Positions 23,070 through 36,785 are shown, counted from the stretch's first letter. The stretch: DNA of 64,000 nt from Azolla caroliniana (GCA_043228905.1 JBHGNT010000036.1:217520-281519), one strand, 5' to 3'. A program made the numbers and translations. The notes: generated by a model from the sequence alone, not told the origin.

Positions 23070-24729
23070 GGAATATCCACGCAAATGTAACATAGATCCT
23101 GCTAAATCATGACACTTATGTTCAACTGCACATAAAACATCCCATTCTTTATCAAATAAAGTTTTCCATAATATATATTTCTTATGAGGAGAAGATGCCC
23201 CTCTCACATTCCATGATACCACTTTCATTTAACACCTTTGGTAAGAACTTGCTCTTTATGAGCAAGTGTATTCATGAATGTGCGAACTACTTGTTCAAGT
23301 GCTGCATAAGGATTCGTGTGTACTACATCCCCCCCACCAATACTAGGGTTTTGTTGTCTAGCTCCACGACGAAGTCCTTGATTTAATTGAGGTCGCACCA
23401 CCCTTCATGAAGAATCAAATTGTAATTGATTGAACAATCTTTGGTTTCACACTTGTTTCTACCAAGGATTTTTCTTAAACCCCTCCTTCAATCTCAAATT
23501 ATCTTTTGGGAATGCCTTACCATTAGTATTTTTTATGTCCCTTTGTATGGCAACACCCTTCCCTTTTATCTTATGCTTCACTTGATGCCACTCTCCATCT
23601 TCAACATTTGGGCCATCATTAATACATACTCCATTCTCCTCTCCAACACCTCTAACATGACCATGAACTTTAGGATCTCACTCTAACCCACGAGATGTTC
23701 CTTCATCCCTAACCATATCAACCATTGAAACAATATCCTTCTCACCATCTTCCTTATTTTTCCCTTTGACATTATTTTCCGGGAATAGTTCACCATCATA
23801 TTGGCATTCAACCATAAAATGCCCCAATTTACCACATTTAAAACAATGTCCGGCAAAAGTTTCCCATTGCAGCTTAAAACGAAATTGACCAAATCGAGAT
23901 GTATCAATACTCAACTATCCTGGACGTTTACAACTTGTATCCCATAACATGCAAAATCTTCATTTGTTCAATGAATTAACATGAGGAGTAACCAAAACTT
24001 TACCAATTTGAGACATTAATCCTGGTAATCAATCCCAAAAGAACGAGTTACTACAATCAACTGTCACCCAAATTGGGCATTGTTGTTTTAATAAATCTTT
24101 ATAATCCACCACTGGAACCCATTCCATCACATGCACTAATCTTCTATCAAAAAAGATTGGTACTTTTGCCATCAAAGCCGTACGGTGTTCTGACGATCGG
24201 AAAACCACATAATAGAAACCTCTTGGACCCACATACACATCCTCTTGGACAAAATTACATCAGAAACATGTTTCAACCTTATTCTTGGAAGTTCCGTAAA
24301 ATCTAATAGTCATGTGTTCGTGCAAGCATTCAAACGTTTGAAAAAGGGAAAAATACGTGCTCCTTTTCTTTTTCTTTTTTTTTCATTTGTTTTCATTATG
24401 TACAAATTTAGCTCATAATATAGACCATAGTCAATACAATCAAACGTGTGAATCCAATCCCAACTTTGAGTTGATTTACCCACCCCATGCACGTTGGATT
24501 GAATCACACGCGAATGCGAATGCGAATGATACGTATGATACGTATGACAAGTTTGGAACGTCATTGCGTTTTTTCTTCTTCTTCCAGTTCTCCATCACCT
24601 TCACCCACACCATTATTTCTTCTGTATCTTTCTCTTCATTTTCTGCTCGTCTACTTCTGCATCTTCTACTTACTTCAGTTTCCGACCATTATTTCTTTCT
24701 TCTCCTCAAGACTTTCTTCACCTTCAGTT

Positions 24730-24930
24730 CGTCTTCATCATCATCATCATCTCCTTCTTCTTCTTCTTCTTCTTCTTCTTCTTCAATTTCCGAGTAAGTT
24801 TCTTTCTTCTCCTCAAGAAGACCTTCCTATTCTTCTTCATCTTCTTCTTCCATTGCTGCATCTCCATCTCCATCATCATCTTCTCATTCCATCGCTACAT
24901 CACTTTCTTCTTCTTCTTCTTCTTCTTCTG
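24730..24930. repeat. (TCT/TCA)n microsatellite-rich probable 5' UTR
   Basis: Pyrimidine-rich triplet runs directly upstream of the ATG at 25026. Confidence 0.7.
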
Positions 24931-25025
24931 CAGAATCTTCTTTCCTTTTCTTTTCGATACTCTATTCTTCTTCCATTTCGGAACCTTTCCTTTCTTCTTC
25001 TTGCATCTGTATTTCCAATTCGTCC

Positions 25026-26040
25026 ATGGAGATCTCGAACATGGAACCTAATCCACCTCATAATGACAAAGACAGTGAAACTTTTCTGAATGACTTCTTC
25101 TATGAGAACATCCAGGCCCCTAAATGGATTGATTTCGAACTTCCCGAAGCACCTGTGGATGACTACGAGTGGTTCTGCAAAAGACCTGGTAAGGATATGA
25201 CAATATCACACATCGAGGAATTATAACAGATCTCTTTCCTAAACGAATATCTGCAAGATGTCTCTCTAATTCCTTAAAATAGTTCATTAAACATTTCCTT
25301 AAAATGGTCCCGAAAACATCGTTGTTTCTTGGAACATTCAGTCGTTTTAAAAAAATCTAGAGTTTCTTAATTTGTGCCTACGTGATTTTTAACTATATTA
25401 TGACATACTAACATCTTCAGGCGTTTATTTGATTTTCTTTTTATATTTGTAATCAAAACTTTTATTGGCTATTATTGGATAGACTGGCAATGAAAACTGG
25501 GTGTTGTTTTGACTTGGTTTTGACCCTACAAAATCTCTAGCCATGTTTATACATCAACTAATTGGTTTCTGTTTCATGATTTGGTTTTCATTGCTTCTAC
25601 TTTACGTTACACTTTTTGTCACATTGATAGTGCTTTATCTGAATCACGTCATTATTTGTACTCTAATGTTTAGGTTGTTTTACTGCTACATGAATAATTT
25701 TATGAATCATATTTCATGCCATCATTTTGTCGTTGAAGGTTGCCCACACGAAAAGGAGCTTATTTGCCAATCACCTAAGCCTGAAAAGGAGCTTATTTGC
25801 CAATCACCTAAGCCTAATATTCAAGCTCAGGTGAAAAGCTTTTTATCACTGAAATATTTTATTCAAATTCGGAGCAATTTTTTTTATTTTGTCTAGATTA
25901 ACGTTTTGAGCTATTGGTGACAACTTTATTTAATGTTTTACTCTCTACGCGATTTGCAGACTATTCCAGAAGATATGTGTATGAGTCGAAGATCATCTTC
26001 TAGGACACACTTGGTGGTACCGTCTTCCTTTGCAGAGAAG
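25026..26040 (+). CDS. First three exons of a plant protein with a TPX2-like N-terminal motif (At4g17000-like); 3' part not traceable
   Basis: GT-AG exons 25026-25188, 25739-25830 and 25960-26040 splice in frame. Motif FYENIQAPKWIDF..DD.EWFCKRPGCPHE. Confidence 0.65.
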
Positions 26041-27448
26041 GTGATTACTACATGTGATGGCCTTGCTTCTTCTCTCTTCATCTCTTTTTTCTGTTGCTTC
26101 TAGTTCTCATTGATGGCCACGGATTTTATTTCATCCTCGTTCCTGAAATTGTACATGGTAATGATGATGTTGTACATGGTAATAGAGAGAAAACCAAAGA
26201 GTAGTCACTTGATTTTTTCATTCCTAGTTTTTTCTATTGTTGTGGTGGAAAGAAATGTTTCTTTACCCCCAAGAAACTCACTTCCAGACATTATACTGTT
26301 TGTTTCCAATTCTGGTTGCCATTTTTCTTTCTTCCGAAGAAAATAAGAAATTGTATTTCTGGCTGTCGGGTTTTAGTAATGGAATGTCAACTCACTCTTT
26401 GGATAATGACAGTTTAAATGCCAACCACCCTTTGGACAATGCCAACCCAATGTCACTAGTTATGGAAGGAAGAGATATCAAATACATAAACCTTGTCACT
26501 AGTTACGGAAGAGATACATATTGTAGAAAAAAAGTGTAGGAAGTAGCTACCCAATGTATATATATATAGACATGCGAGATGTCACTTTCTTACAATGCAC
26601 GAAGATGGGATTACCAGACTATCGAATTTGGTCTCACGTTTTAGGATTACCAAACCCTAGGAAGATTGGCTGTTTATTGTGCTTATTGGAGATGATATCG
26701 AAACTAACTGTTAATATAGCTATTAAACATCCAAACCGTTCTTGAAACTTCTTAATATAGCTATTAAAGTTATCTGGTAATGGTGATCTCTACTCTAGCA
26801 ATGCTGCAAACTATTTATGCTACTCTACAAATTAGGACGCATTTGAAGCATATAGAAGCACACATGGTCAATAAATTCTTGATATTGTCATAGAGATAAC
26901 AATGCTCTTTCAACGTGGTAATTCATATAGGTGATCCTCATGTTGTTGCTTCTCAGACTTCCCTATACTTGGTTCTAGGAAGTTCCCAATAAGTTGCTGT
27001 ACTTCCGGCAAAACTTGAAAGTATTCTCCTTCTTGCATACACTCCATAGCTAGGAAAAACAAAGCTTGCTAAAGTTCCCATCATGCTCACCATTTTATGA
27101 TCTAGCATAGCTAGGAGTATTGCCATAATTATAGCATAAGATACTTTCATTTACCATGTACCTTTGATTGTCAATTAAAATTGCTGCAATTAAAAATCGG
27201 AATCATGTTTGCCGCCTAAAATGGGGCATTGTTGTGGCAATGCTTACTGGGGAATGTTTTGGTTGTCTGAGCCCAGCCCTTGTCTGTCAGTCGCAAGAGG
27301 ATGCCAATTTTTGTTCCGTTGGTGTAAATTTCGGTACTTTGAACCATTTGGACAAACTGGATTCACGTAATTTGGGCAGCTGCCTATCATTATCTTTTGT
27401 TTCTTCGTCCTCTTCCAGATAATATTTTCTATGATTGTTTTCAATTTG

Positions 27449-27821
27449 CTTAAATCTTTGAATGAACATTTAAGAGTGTTTGAAGTTGAAAGCTTCTACA
27501 TTTCTGTGGGTTTTTGTCTCACAAGGAGGTTTACCACTAGTAATATAAGGCTGAGAAATAGAAAAAAGAAGTGAGCTTGCACGTTTATCTATCCATTATT
27601 CTTCATGTCAAAATAAATTGAACATGTTACAACAAAGCTGAAATCTTTGAATGAACGTTTGAGCATTGAATGAAAGCTTCTACGTTTCTCTGGGGTTTTT
27701 GTCTCACACGGAAGTTTGCCACTACTAATATAATTAGTGTTGAGAAAAAGAAAAAAGAAGTGAGCTTGCACATTTATCAATCCATTATTCTTTATGCCAG
27801 AATGAATTCAATATGTTACAA
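27449..27821. repeat. Diverged tandem duplication of about 185 bp
   Basis: aaatctttgaatgaac..gaaagcttctac..tttgtctcac..gaaaaaagaagtgagcttgcac..atccattattct..atgttacaa occurs twice. Confidence 0.8.
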
Positions 27822-28701
27822 GAGATTGTATACAGAAATGTATAAAAAGCCTTACGCATTTCATGAATCCATTACAACCGAAGATCAATGCCATTGCCAT
27901 CAAATAGTAATGATTTGTCCAAAATATGGGATGACTTCTTTTTTTTTTTCACATCACAACACTTTGCTTGCACTCGAGATTTCACATGTACAAAAAATGA
28001 TTTTGAAGTCGAATTGTAAAGAACCATATCTTTTCATGGAGTTTGGTTCTATTTTTTTTCATTAAAAACATTGGGTTGGAAAGCTTTAAGGTGAGGTAAA
28101 TATTGAACTGTAAAAAAGTTTCCAATATTCCTTATCAATTTGACAACACTTGGGAGGCTAAAAGCAAACATCATCAGTTGCTTCTTGGAAGTTTTTAAAC
28201 CTCTGGTTTTTACTTGTTTGCAAACTTTTACCTTTTCATATTTTGCTTCGACGTATCTTTATGAGCACCAGGAATGATTGTTTGAGATAATTCCTGTGCA
28301 CAAATACATAACATGAAGATTTGCAAGGTGACTCTTAGGAGATATTTTTTTATGGATTTATCAAATGTGCATTAGAGTTAGTATCGAATATACATCCAAG
28401 AGATCTATGCATTAAATTGCAGATCATGTAGCCATTTAGCATACAAAGTGTAAGTGCGTGTGTGGGCACACACCTGTGCCTGGGCCTTGGAGTTGCCAGT
28501 TTCCACCAATGATTGAGCTTGATTAATGCTTGCAATAAAAAACCAATGATGCAATGAATTACAATGGTTAGAAATATACAGGAATAGGCCTTTTTACTAG
28601 ATCAACTATCTTCGATAAAATAGACTCAAACTTGAGCAGCACTTTCTTGTTGTTGATCGAGTAATCGCATGAGATGTACAAAATAAGGTTTTATAGTAGG
28701 A

Positions 28702-30317
28702 TCAATAAATCTTTAATGGAATAGCCTCAGACTTGATGAGCGATTTCTTGTTAGCTTTGCCCATTGTGACCTTTAAGGACCACCAGAGCATAGGAGTGGA
28801 AAAGCCAATATACCCCACAATCACAAAAGCCCTCAATATCCCATTCTTGTAGTAAGGTGAAGCCATTACGAATAATAAACTCCCAAAAATCAAGAGCCAT
28901 GGAGTTACTAACGGAAAAAAGTGCAAGTCCAAAGCATATGATGTAGCCATAAGAAGAGACAAGGACCCAAAAAGACTAAGGCCCCACCTCATCAATGGAT
29001 GTGTTGTTATTGGAACCATTAGAGATGGCATCAAAAAGCTGACCAAAATGCAACTAGGCACCATCACCTTCGATTTAAGCATTCCTACATAACTAGAACC
29101 ATAGCTTGTCCAAACCATCTTCTTGTGTATGGAAAAAGATCAGCCATAAAGAATTGCTCCTCAGGTCGCATGCATCGCATCATCACGACCACGGCCACCA
29201 ATAATGTTGCATACATTGCTGCCTGTATGTAAAGAACCAGAGCTTCCTCGGTGTATCTGTTGTCAAAACCACACAATGAGGGTCATGGTTAGTGGGGCAT
29301 CGAAATTTGAATGGTCCTTTGTAAAAAAAAGGGCCTCACTCTATAAAGCTATAGGTTGGGAAGAAGCATACAAATAAACATACACTGATAGAGTCAGTTA
29401 AGCCAAAGATAGGCTAATAATAAGTTCATGGACAGTCATTTGGTGTGGAAATTGCACAAGGCTTAGGTGTATAATCAATACTCATGATCTGTTCTGCACA
29501 ACTTGCAATTGGCATCTATTCTTTTCTAGTATAGTTTATCTATTGCATCAAAAGTTCCGTGCTGACTGCAAGCATATGTCATGAGATACTATTCAGCCTA
29601 TGACTTAATTGCAATCCAGACCCTACAGGTGAAAAAAAGGTTGTCTACAACGCTAATAAGAACTCTATATTTAGCTTATATTGATCTCACCTACCTGCAA
29701 TTGGAAATCAACCCCCATCCATTAAGAAGAAAACAACACAAAGCAAATCTGTATGAGAAAGAAAGAATGATGTTGTGTTTACCCAATAGTAGATGCCCTC
29801 ATGTCATGCCAAGCTAGGCCCAAAGGCAAAATAGGCCAAGACCACCAGTACCAAGGCTTAAGTTACAATAATATGAGGCGTCGTATTTGATAAAACAGGT
29901 GATCGATAATTTCCAACAACTAAAACCTCATACAACTAAAATCAATCATTTTCAACAACTAAAACCTCATACAACATGACCAAAATCAATCACTTTCAAT
30001 CATAAAAATCTCATAGTGTTGTGTGAAATTCTTAGAGAAAGAGAGAGGGTCTTGCCTTCAGAACAAAAAAGGCCAGTATGGAATATGCTCTCATTCATTC
30101 CTGATGATGGCTCTTGTGCTTCTGTAACTCCCTGCACGTCTGAACCTATGGTGAGCAAGAAGGAGGAGGAGGAGGAAAAGAAGAAGACCATGATCAAGAT
30201 TGCTTCTCTTCTTCTTCTTCTTCTTCTTCTTCTTCTTCCTCCTCCTCCTCCTCCCCAATTCCTCACCTGTTGCTTCATCTCATGAGAATGCAAGAGCTTC
30301 CATGACCAGAGCATCAT
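28702..30317 (-). pseudogene. Decayed multi-exon gene for an unidentified multi-pass membrane protein
   Basis: Hydrophobic ORFs 29085-29276 and 28702-29118 join by a one-base shift at a T run. Candidate upstream exons near 30051-30317, 29783-29919 (two stops) and 29694-29747. Confidence 0.5.
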
Positions 30318-30749
30318 GTATATGGCGCTGGCCTTTTTCTGGGTATAAAAGGCCTTTGGTTCTCTATATGTACATACTCTCTCTGTCTCTCCATCTATCT
30401 CTCTTGGTGGTCTTTGACTTTATGACTCTTTTTTACCTTGGTACATGTATGTCCCTATGTGTTTATATGTATATGGATGTGTATGTGTATGTGTATGTGT
30501 AAGTATTAAGGTCAAAGCCAACCCTAATTGTTCAAATAGCAACCAATGCACATTGTTGAGTGATAAGGTGGTTTTTCATGCTTGCTACGAAGAGGGTTGC
30601 TTTCTTGAAAAAAACAATTGTGATTCTCAAACCATGTTGTATCAAAAGCTCTTTTAGATATGCACAAGAAGACCCTTACATGGAGTTTGCCTTTGTGTTT
30701 CATCGTAAACATGCCATCATAATGATCATGACCAAAGTTGTGTGATTAG

Positions 30750-32130
30750 TGAGTTTCAAACTGATGGTGGCATCACTCTCTTCTTACAACAATCTACCTT
30801 AATCGTTGAGCTCTTTGTGGCAATGTGGTTTTCTTCTACCACAACATAGGCTGAATATCGAAGAATGATAGCAGCTTTCCTCTTGTAAAGCTCGGGTTCC
30901 TTAATGGAACAAATCATTGTGAGAGCTTGTCCATGCACATTTCAACCATTTCTTGCTCATCGACCCACATATTGATGAAGGCAAGAGCATCATCACACAC
31001 AGACTAAAACTTTGGGGTGTAGTCATAGATGGACACAACTTTTTTTCAATAATATTTAACTCCTACGAGAGTTGAAGTGTGTTGTTCAATGGCCAAGACA
31101 ACCTTTAGATTTTCCTTTGTTCCCTTAGGTGTCATCACATTGGATGGAGGGTGAAGTTTTGATCATAGTGGTAGAGAGGGTTGGAACAAGTGAGGACACT
31201 GCATCTCTCGCAAGGATGGTACAATCGGGAATTTGATTGTATGGTATGAGAGGGGATGATCATATTGGAGGCAATAGGCATTTAATATAGACAAGGAAAT
31301 GTCTTGCACCAGCACCACAACTTCACAAAAACTTTTTAGGTTTCTAGAGAACATGGTGATAAGTCGTGTATCAACCGTTGCTTCAAAGTCTTGTTGATAC
31401 GAGGGTAGCATGGTGATCAAAAGATCAATCATTTGTCTCCTTGTGTGGCATATATTGACATAGATAATGATGCCCCAAGTAGTGTAGTTGTGACTTAGAA
31501 TATAAAGATTCAAAGTAATCTTTCAATGCATAGTTGGGTATTTCAAGATCATTATTGACAAAGTTGGTCATGACCTTAGCATTTTGATTTTCATAGGATT
31601 ATTGTCATGAGGGTGGGGGGAAATTGGCTAGTTTAAGTGACCTTTAAAGAAGATCCATTGTGCATTAAGGGAATCTAACTAGGGACATTGTTGGGAGAGG
31701 GCATAGAATGCAAGTTCCATGCAAATATGTAGTTGTGTAGTGAACGACTTTCAAAAGCATGTGTCATTGAAGAAAAGGAACACAATGGGGATTGCATGCT
31801 AGACAGTTCTTAAATCAAATTACCCACATCATTGAAACATCTTATTGTGTCATGCGGGGACAAATGTTGATCATACCCACACTTTTCCATTGTAGAGTGT
31901 TGGGTATATGGCTAGGACAATTTGTTGCTCAATGCCAATCTCCAGGTGGAGATTATATATTCTCAATCATCTATTAATGTACCGCAACCTTTGTATGAAT
32001 CCACCGTGGGAACCATTGGCCCATCATTATGGGAAGACACTCCCTTGGTGTGATCAAAGTCTTTTGAGACTAAGAGTTGTCATAAGTCTTGCCACCATAC
32101 CTTGTTCCGTTCATCATTTTGGAAATGCAT
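30750..32130 (-). mobile_element. Highly degenerate retroelement (Ty3/Gypsy-like integrase) remnant
   Basis: Only faint resemblance to the S.FHP..DG.T..N and PLP..MD motifs. No long ORF. Confidence 0.3.
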
Positions 32131-35100
32131 AGGGTATCAAAAGAATGGCAAGTTGTCAAAGAATAACTTTTTTTTTTTACGAGGGTTATATAATGCATGG
32201 TTAGGATTTGTAATTACCATAGTTTAATGATAATCTTTCTTAATCAATCGATTCTCATATTTCACCTTCAGCTAGAGTGCTCACACATCCCTAATCACAA
32301 TTCTTCACTTCATTTTCTCTAAGTTCATCAAATTTCTCGTTTTAAGCAAGAGTTCTTTCTTAGTCCTTCAAAAAAGCATCAGGTCCAAGACTAATAAAAT
32401 GATAGTTTTGTTTTTTCCAAAAAATATAAAATGGTAGTTAGTTATCTGAGCATCTGACTAAGAAATAAAAATGTAGAGAGATAAGTTTGAGAAAGAAACA
32501 ATACATTTTTATACCCAAAAGGAATTGCAGTTTGAAATCTTAATACTTCCTTTTGAGGATTATATATCAAATGGATAATCACAGAAGAAACATGGAGCAA
32601 AGTGTCCTTTCAAGAGCAGACAACCATTGACTTCTTAAAAAATGAGCCTTTTGTTCCTGTTTACTTGCATTCATCGCTTGCTTGTACTCAACAGTAATAA
32701 TAGTACCTGACAATACACACCATCTAGGTTTTCGTAAGTTTAACCCTAACTGGTTAAAACAGAGAAAAACTCTAAAAATAACCAAGTTTTTCTTTATTCC
32801 CCAATGCCTCCAAGTATTCTTTTTAATAAATGCGGGTATCTTTCTCCAAATGTTGGTTCAAAATGTCCAAGTGTCTCATATGCTGATATACACGGAAGAG
32901 GGATACAACATGAAATTTGATGTGCACATTGAGCAGAAAATCATTACTAAGGGGAAAAGACCAAATTGTTAGAAAGAATGACTGAATGTTGTGTGACAAT
33001 GTTATGGCCTAGCATGTTAGAGGAACAACTAACAAACCAGCATGGTATATATGAATATATAAGGTTAGGAGAAGAGAAAATCTCTCTTTAGAGCAAAGGT
33101 CCTTTCCAAATTTATCAGGCCACAAAAACTAAAATGTCGTGCTATTGCTCTGGAATAGGAAATTGGAATAGCAATCATTATCCATCTCATTGTCTCATGA
33201 ACTCTCACCCATGTTGGTGTCTTTGTAACTGGAGCTATGCAAGGATTCATCAATATGTTTACTCCCCCAGATTCCCTGTTGTGTGGTTAGAGTTTCAACC
33301 TCCAACAGTTACACGAGGATAATATCTGGAAGTTTTCTCAAACTAACAGGCCAAATTCTAATGACTATTACTCATACGGCATCACAAAATTCTCTTAATG
33401 CTGGAATTAAAAATGTACACGATCATTATGTGGTCACGATTTACCCATCTTTCTCAGATGGAGTGACAATAACAATATCTAGAGTTAAAACAAGCATCCC
33501 CATGACTGATTGTGTGGTCCTCATGCTACCTAGTGATGTTTTTAAAAACGAGATCAATCAAGGTATGGCTATATGAAGGCTCATGTTACTGACGAATGTT
33601 TACTACATAATTAGCTTTCAATATATTGCCATAGAATTTTGGGTATTCAGGATATGAAATAATATAAGTGGGAAGTTGGTTTTGGCTCATTAGTGAGAGG
33701 CTCACTGAGTCCTACTATAGCTGAGTTTTTAGGTCTCCCCTATAAATGAATTTCATGATCTCCCTAATTACAACATTGTTTCCCCAAGTTAACACCATTG
33801 AGGCTTTTTAAGCGTTGATGTTTTTAAAAATCATCTTTCTCAAACTCACAATTGCATTTATCTCCTTTTTGAGCTAAATCAACAAATGCAATGAAAATAA
33901 ATTGAGGTTAGGTTAACACATACAAGAGGTAACCATCATGACATGATCGTCATGACTTTCATAACTATAATAGTTTTATCGCCTCATCCCTCACTTCAAC
34001 TACAATTGTTAACATTGATATATGTAACTATAATCATCAGAATTTAACATCTGATATCAATACATTGATCCATATGTCGATTTCAAAAGATTTGGCTACA
34101 AAACGTATATACTATTGTGGCACTATATTCTAAAGCAATTTTCATGTCTGAACGTAGATTTCCTTGCCTACTAGACGCTCATGATTCATGCATTTGTAAT
34201 TTAGTAGAACCTTCCAATATTTCAAGAATGAATGTTGAAAGTCGGTTGGAGCACCAAACAAAAACAAATGAAAGTTACACAAACCGCTTTAATGCGCGAG
34301 GAACAGAATCATTTGAGAGCTTTGGTTTCTTGGCCATGGAGATTTCTTGACTCTGAGCTTCAAGTATCGGCCTTTTAGCTGAGATGATATTATCTTGTTT
34401 ACATTTCTGTCTCCTACCAGGCTTATTTCGCCCTTTTAACTTATTCTTTAAGACAATAGACTTTCCAGCTAGTATTGCAGCAACCCTATTTGGCTCTAAA
34501 GCTTGTCGGCTCTTCATCTGATGATGTTCAGTAGGATCACGGCGAACAACTCCTATTTGTTTCGGATCGAGTACAATTGATTCAGGCTGCAATTTAGCAA
34601 GAAGAGAATGAACCTCAGCTTCTCTCCTCTGCTTAATCGTCTCAAATGGATTTGCAACGTAAGTGTCAAAGTTAGCCTCCCCTGACCCTGGCACAAGACT
34701 AACTTTGACACTTACGTTGCTAACTTATCTTCATCAAATATCACTCGTCGACTAAATATAAATCTTTTGGATTTTGGGTCATATAATCGATAACCCTTAT
34801 AGCCATGAGGTTCGCCATACCCAACAAATATTGTGCGAACTGCGTGATTATCTAATTTTGATCGAGTTTCTAAGGGTACGAGTGCATATGATGGACATCC
34901 AAAGATTCTTAGATTTTCATAATTTGGATTTTTTCCAAACCACAAGGAAAATGGAGTTGTCCTAATTGATCGACTATATGTTCTATTGAATATATAACAA
35001 GCGGTTGAAACGGCCTCTTCCCAATATGTTCGGGGAAGGTTTGCAATGGCGAGCATGCTACGAGTGGCGTCCATATACAACCGGTTTCGCCGTTCAGCCC

Positions 35101-35179
35101 TTGAATTGTGTTGGGGTGTATATGGGATGGTAAACCGTTGTTGAATCCCATGGTTTTGGCAATAAGTTTGGAAGTTTTG

Positions 35180-36532
35180 GGACTTGACTATTCTGAGACA
35201 TTTTCACCCGTCCTCCGTATGGCATCTTTTCGGCTCCTAATGGCTCTAGCCACCATTCTTGATCTCGAAGTACATCATTTGGATGTACAAACGGCATTTC
35301 TACATGGTGATTTACCTGAGGAAATCTACATGTCCCAACCTCCTGGGTTTGAGTCACAATCTCAACCAAACTATGTGTGTCGATTACATCGATCACTTTA
35401 TGGACTCAAACAATCTCCTAGGTTATGGTTTCAAAAATTTAACAATTTTATGCTCTCACATGGCTATTCTAGATTGTTATCAGAACCAAATATATACATT
35501 AGACATAATCATTCATCTAATCGGTTGTTAGTGGTAGCATTATATGTTGATGACATTCCTATAGTCGGAACACCATCTGAAATTACTCAAGCAAAGCTAG
35601 AGCTTTCCAAAGCATTTTCAATAACAGATTTAGGTCCCCTATCTTATTTCCTAGGCATGCAAGTTACGCGTAATCGTAGTATGGGCACCTTGATCATTCA
35701 TCAAAATAAATTCATTAATGAAATTTTGAAATCCTTCGGAATGCTAAACATTAAACCTTGCACTACTCCCTTATCATTAACATGTAACTTAAGCATATCT
35801 GATAGTCCAACCACAAAAAGAGATATTAATTTTATGCAACAATTTCCTTTTAAACAATTAATAGGAAAACTTCGATATTTAGTCACAGGGACTCGTCCTG
35901 ACCTTTGTTTTGCAATTAACTATCTTTCACGCTTTATGCATAACCCTGGTCTTATGCATTGGAAATCACTTCAACGAGTTATGCGATATTTAAAACACAC
36001 ATCTAACTATGGATTAACATATAAACGATCCCAATCCGAAAGACCAATCAAATCACTTGTTGGTTGGTCTGATTCGGATTGGGGGGGGGACATTGATTCT
36101 CGTAGATCTACTGCTGGTTTTTCTTTTATAATGGCAGGAGCAGCAGTGACGTGGCAATCGAAAAAACAAGAATCTGTGACACTCTCATCTGCTGAAGCTG
36201 AGTTCGTAGCAGTGGCATTGGCTGCTAAAGAAGGATTATGGTTGCAAACAGTGATAAAAGAACTCCAACTATGTGGACCACTCCAATTGAAAATCTTCTG
36301 CGACAATATATCATGCATCTACTTAACGAAGAATCCAAAGCACTCAGAGAAAACAAAACATGTGGATTTAAAATATCACTTTATACGAGAGTTAGCCGAA
36401 GAAAACAAGCTTACATTAGAGTTTACATCAACAAATCATATGTGGGCTGATTTTCTAACAAAGGCTCTCCCTCCGGACAAATTTGAAACTTGTTGTGAAA
36501 ATTTAGGATTACAACGGTTCACAACTAATTAG
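35180..36532 (+). CDS. Copia RT/RNase H, 3' part of pol (partial)
   Basis: Open frame GLDYSETFSPV..HLDVQTAFLHG..LYVDDI..GWSDSDWGG..CDNISCI..KHVDLKYHFIRE..ADFLTKAL. Confidence 0.9.
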   Translation, partial: GLDYSETFSPVLRMASFRLLMALATILDLEVHHLDVQTAFLHGDLPEEIYMSQPPGFESQSQPNYVCRLHRSLYGLKQSPRLWFQKFNNFMLSHGYSRLLSEPNIYIRHNHSSNRLLVVALYVDDIPIVGTPSEITQAKLELSKAFSITDLGPLSYFLGMQVTRNRSMGTLIIHQNKFINEILKSFGMLNIKPCTTPLSLTCNLSISDSPTTKRDINFMQQFPFKQLIGKLRYLVTGTRPDLCFAINYLSRFMHNPGLMHWKSLQRVMRYLKHTSNYGLTYKRSQSERPIKSLVGWSDSDWGGDIDSRRSTAGFSFIMAGAAVTWQSKKQESVTLSSAEAEFVAVALAAKEGLWLQTVIKELQLCGPLQLKIFCDNISCIYLTKNPKHSEKTKHVDLKYHFIRELAEENKLTLEFTSTNHMWADFLTKALPPDKFETCCENLGLQRFTTN

Positions 36533-36544
36533 TTTATGGGGGGG

Positions 36545-36785
36545 TGTTGTAATAAACTAATTAGTGTAAATAAGTAAATAAGAAAGTAAATACAAAACGT
36601 AACCTTATGATATGAAAAGGTGCACCCCAAAAATAGGGTGCACCTATAACCACCACATTCTCTCTCTGTGGTCGGTTGGTTGGTTGTAGAGAGAGAGACA
36701 CAAACACACATTATCATAAAAACATTCTTTCTCCCTCTCTTTCTCTCTCTCCCTTTCTCCCTCTCTTTCTATTTCTCGTTTACCA
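36545..36785 (+). repeat. Single 241-bp LTR flanked by PPT upstream and PBS downstream
   Basis: G tract, then TGTTG at 36545 and CA at 36785. PBS TGGTATCAGAGC at 36788-36799. Internal inverted repeat aggtgcaccc/gggtgcacct at 36618-36645. Confidence 0.9.

Larger units (their letters stand above)
20870..24300 (-). mobile_element. Degenerate L1-clade LINE, 3'-truncated and interrupted by a NUMT
   Basis: ORF1 remnants (GFYYVVF..HVMEW..PIWV, zinc knuckle CFKCGKLGHFMVEC). APE remnants (DVLCAVEHK, IYAPN, DFN, SRLDRMY, SDHFPI). RT N-terminus (GWDG..LIPK..PISL..QYGFITGR). Many stops. Ends approximate. Confidence 0.85.

Noticed and set aside
22821-23080. Two ORFs in the NUMT spacer
   Set aside because: They cross the tRNA fragment and the LINE junction and resemble no mitochondrial protein I recognise.
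24357-25089. Ser-rich and Leu/His-rich ORFs
   Set aside because: Microsatellite translations in a probable 5' UTR.
33065-33576. Coding-looking stretch with short ORFs
   Set aside because: Could not be assigned in any frame, so it is left unannotated.
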